NCBI GenBank assembly: GCA_047967505.1
Contig: CM106538.1
DNA from: Dipteris shenzhenensis
Taxonomy: Eukaryota
DNA length: 64,000 bases
Reading direction: 5' to 3' (one strand)
The translations under genes were made by a program, and so were the position numbers. The notes below the pieces were generated by a model that searched no databases, had not been told where the DNA came from, and saw only the letters and a program-made list of their open reading frames with translations. Shown piece after piece: positions 63,969-64,000 of this stretch; position 1 is the stretch's first letter; every line of letters starts with the position of its first letter.

Positions 63969-64000
63969 ATGTGTGTGTGTGTGTGCCTGCACGTGCTCGC

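Noticed and set aside
63969-63986. Another member of the TG-targeting L1 set
   Set aside because: No family tail is visible and the tract orientation is opposite; it may be a different family or a counter-example.

Overview
Eukaryotic, land-plant DNA that is almost entirely nested transposable elements and microsatellites; the very large TE-filled introns suggest a fern-type large genome (inference only). One host gene is supported: two in-phase minus-strand exons of an HDHD3-like HAD hydrolase (37436-37313 and 29767-29651). Its 7.5 kb intron 1 is TE-filled and no further exon is found in the 29.6 kb to the window start. Elements with defined ends: a very young Tnt1-like Copia (13989-20477, TSD CACTA, LTRs differ at 1 of 203 nt) nested in a decayed L1; a second Copia (55307-60838, TSD ATGCC) nested in an older Copia; an RTEX-like LINE (6677-10266) with a long TSD; and a 6.65 kb hAT-type DNA transposon (44569-51218) nested in a plus-strand L1. 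Three candidate undescribed systems stand out. (1) An L1 family ending in GATTTCAC(C/T)-polyA is inserted repeatedly, in fixed orientation, into TG/TATG microsatellites. (2) The hAT element has a 10-bp direct repeat at its ends, no clear TIRs, a convergent second gene and tandem arrays in front of both genes. (3) An RTEX-like LINE with C-terminal PIP-box motifs shares a 3' hairpin with an ORF1-only partner element and is inserted at that partner's tail. No database searches were run.
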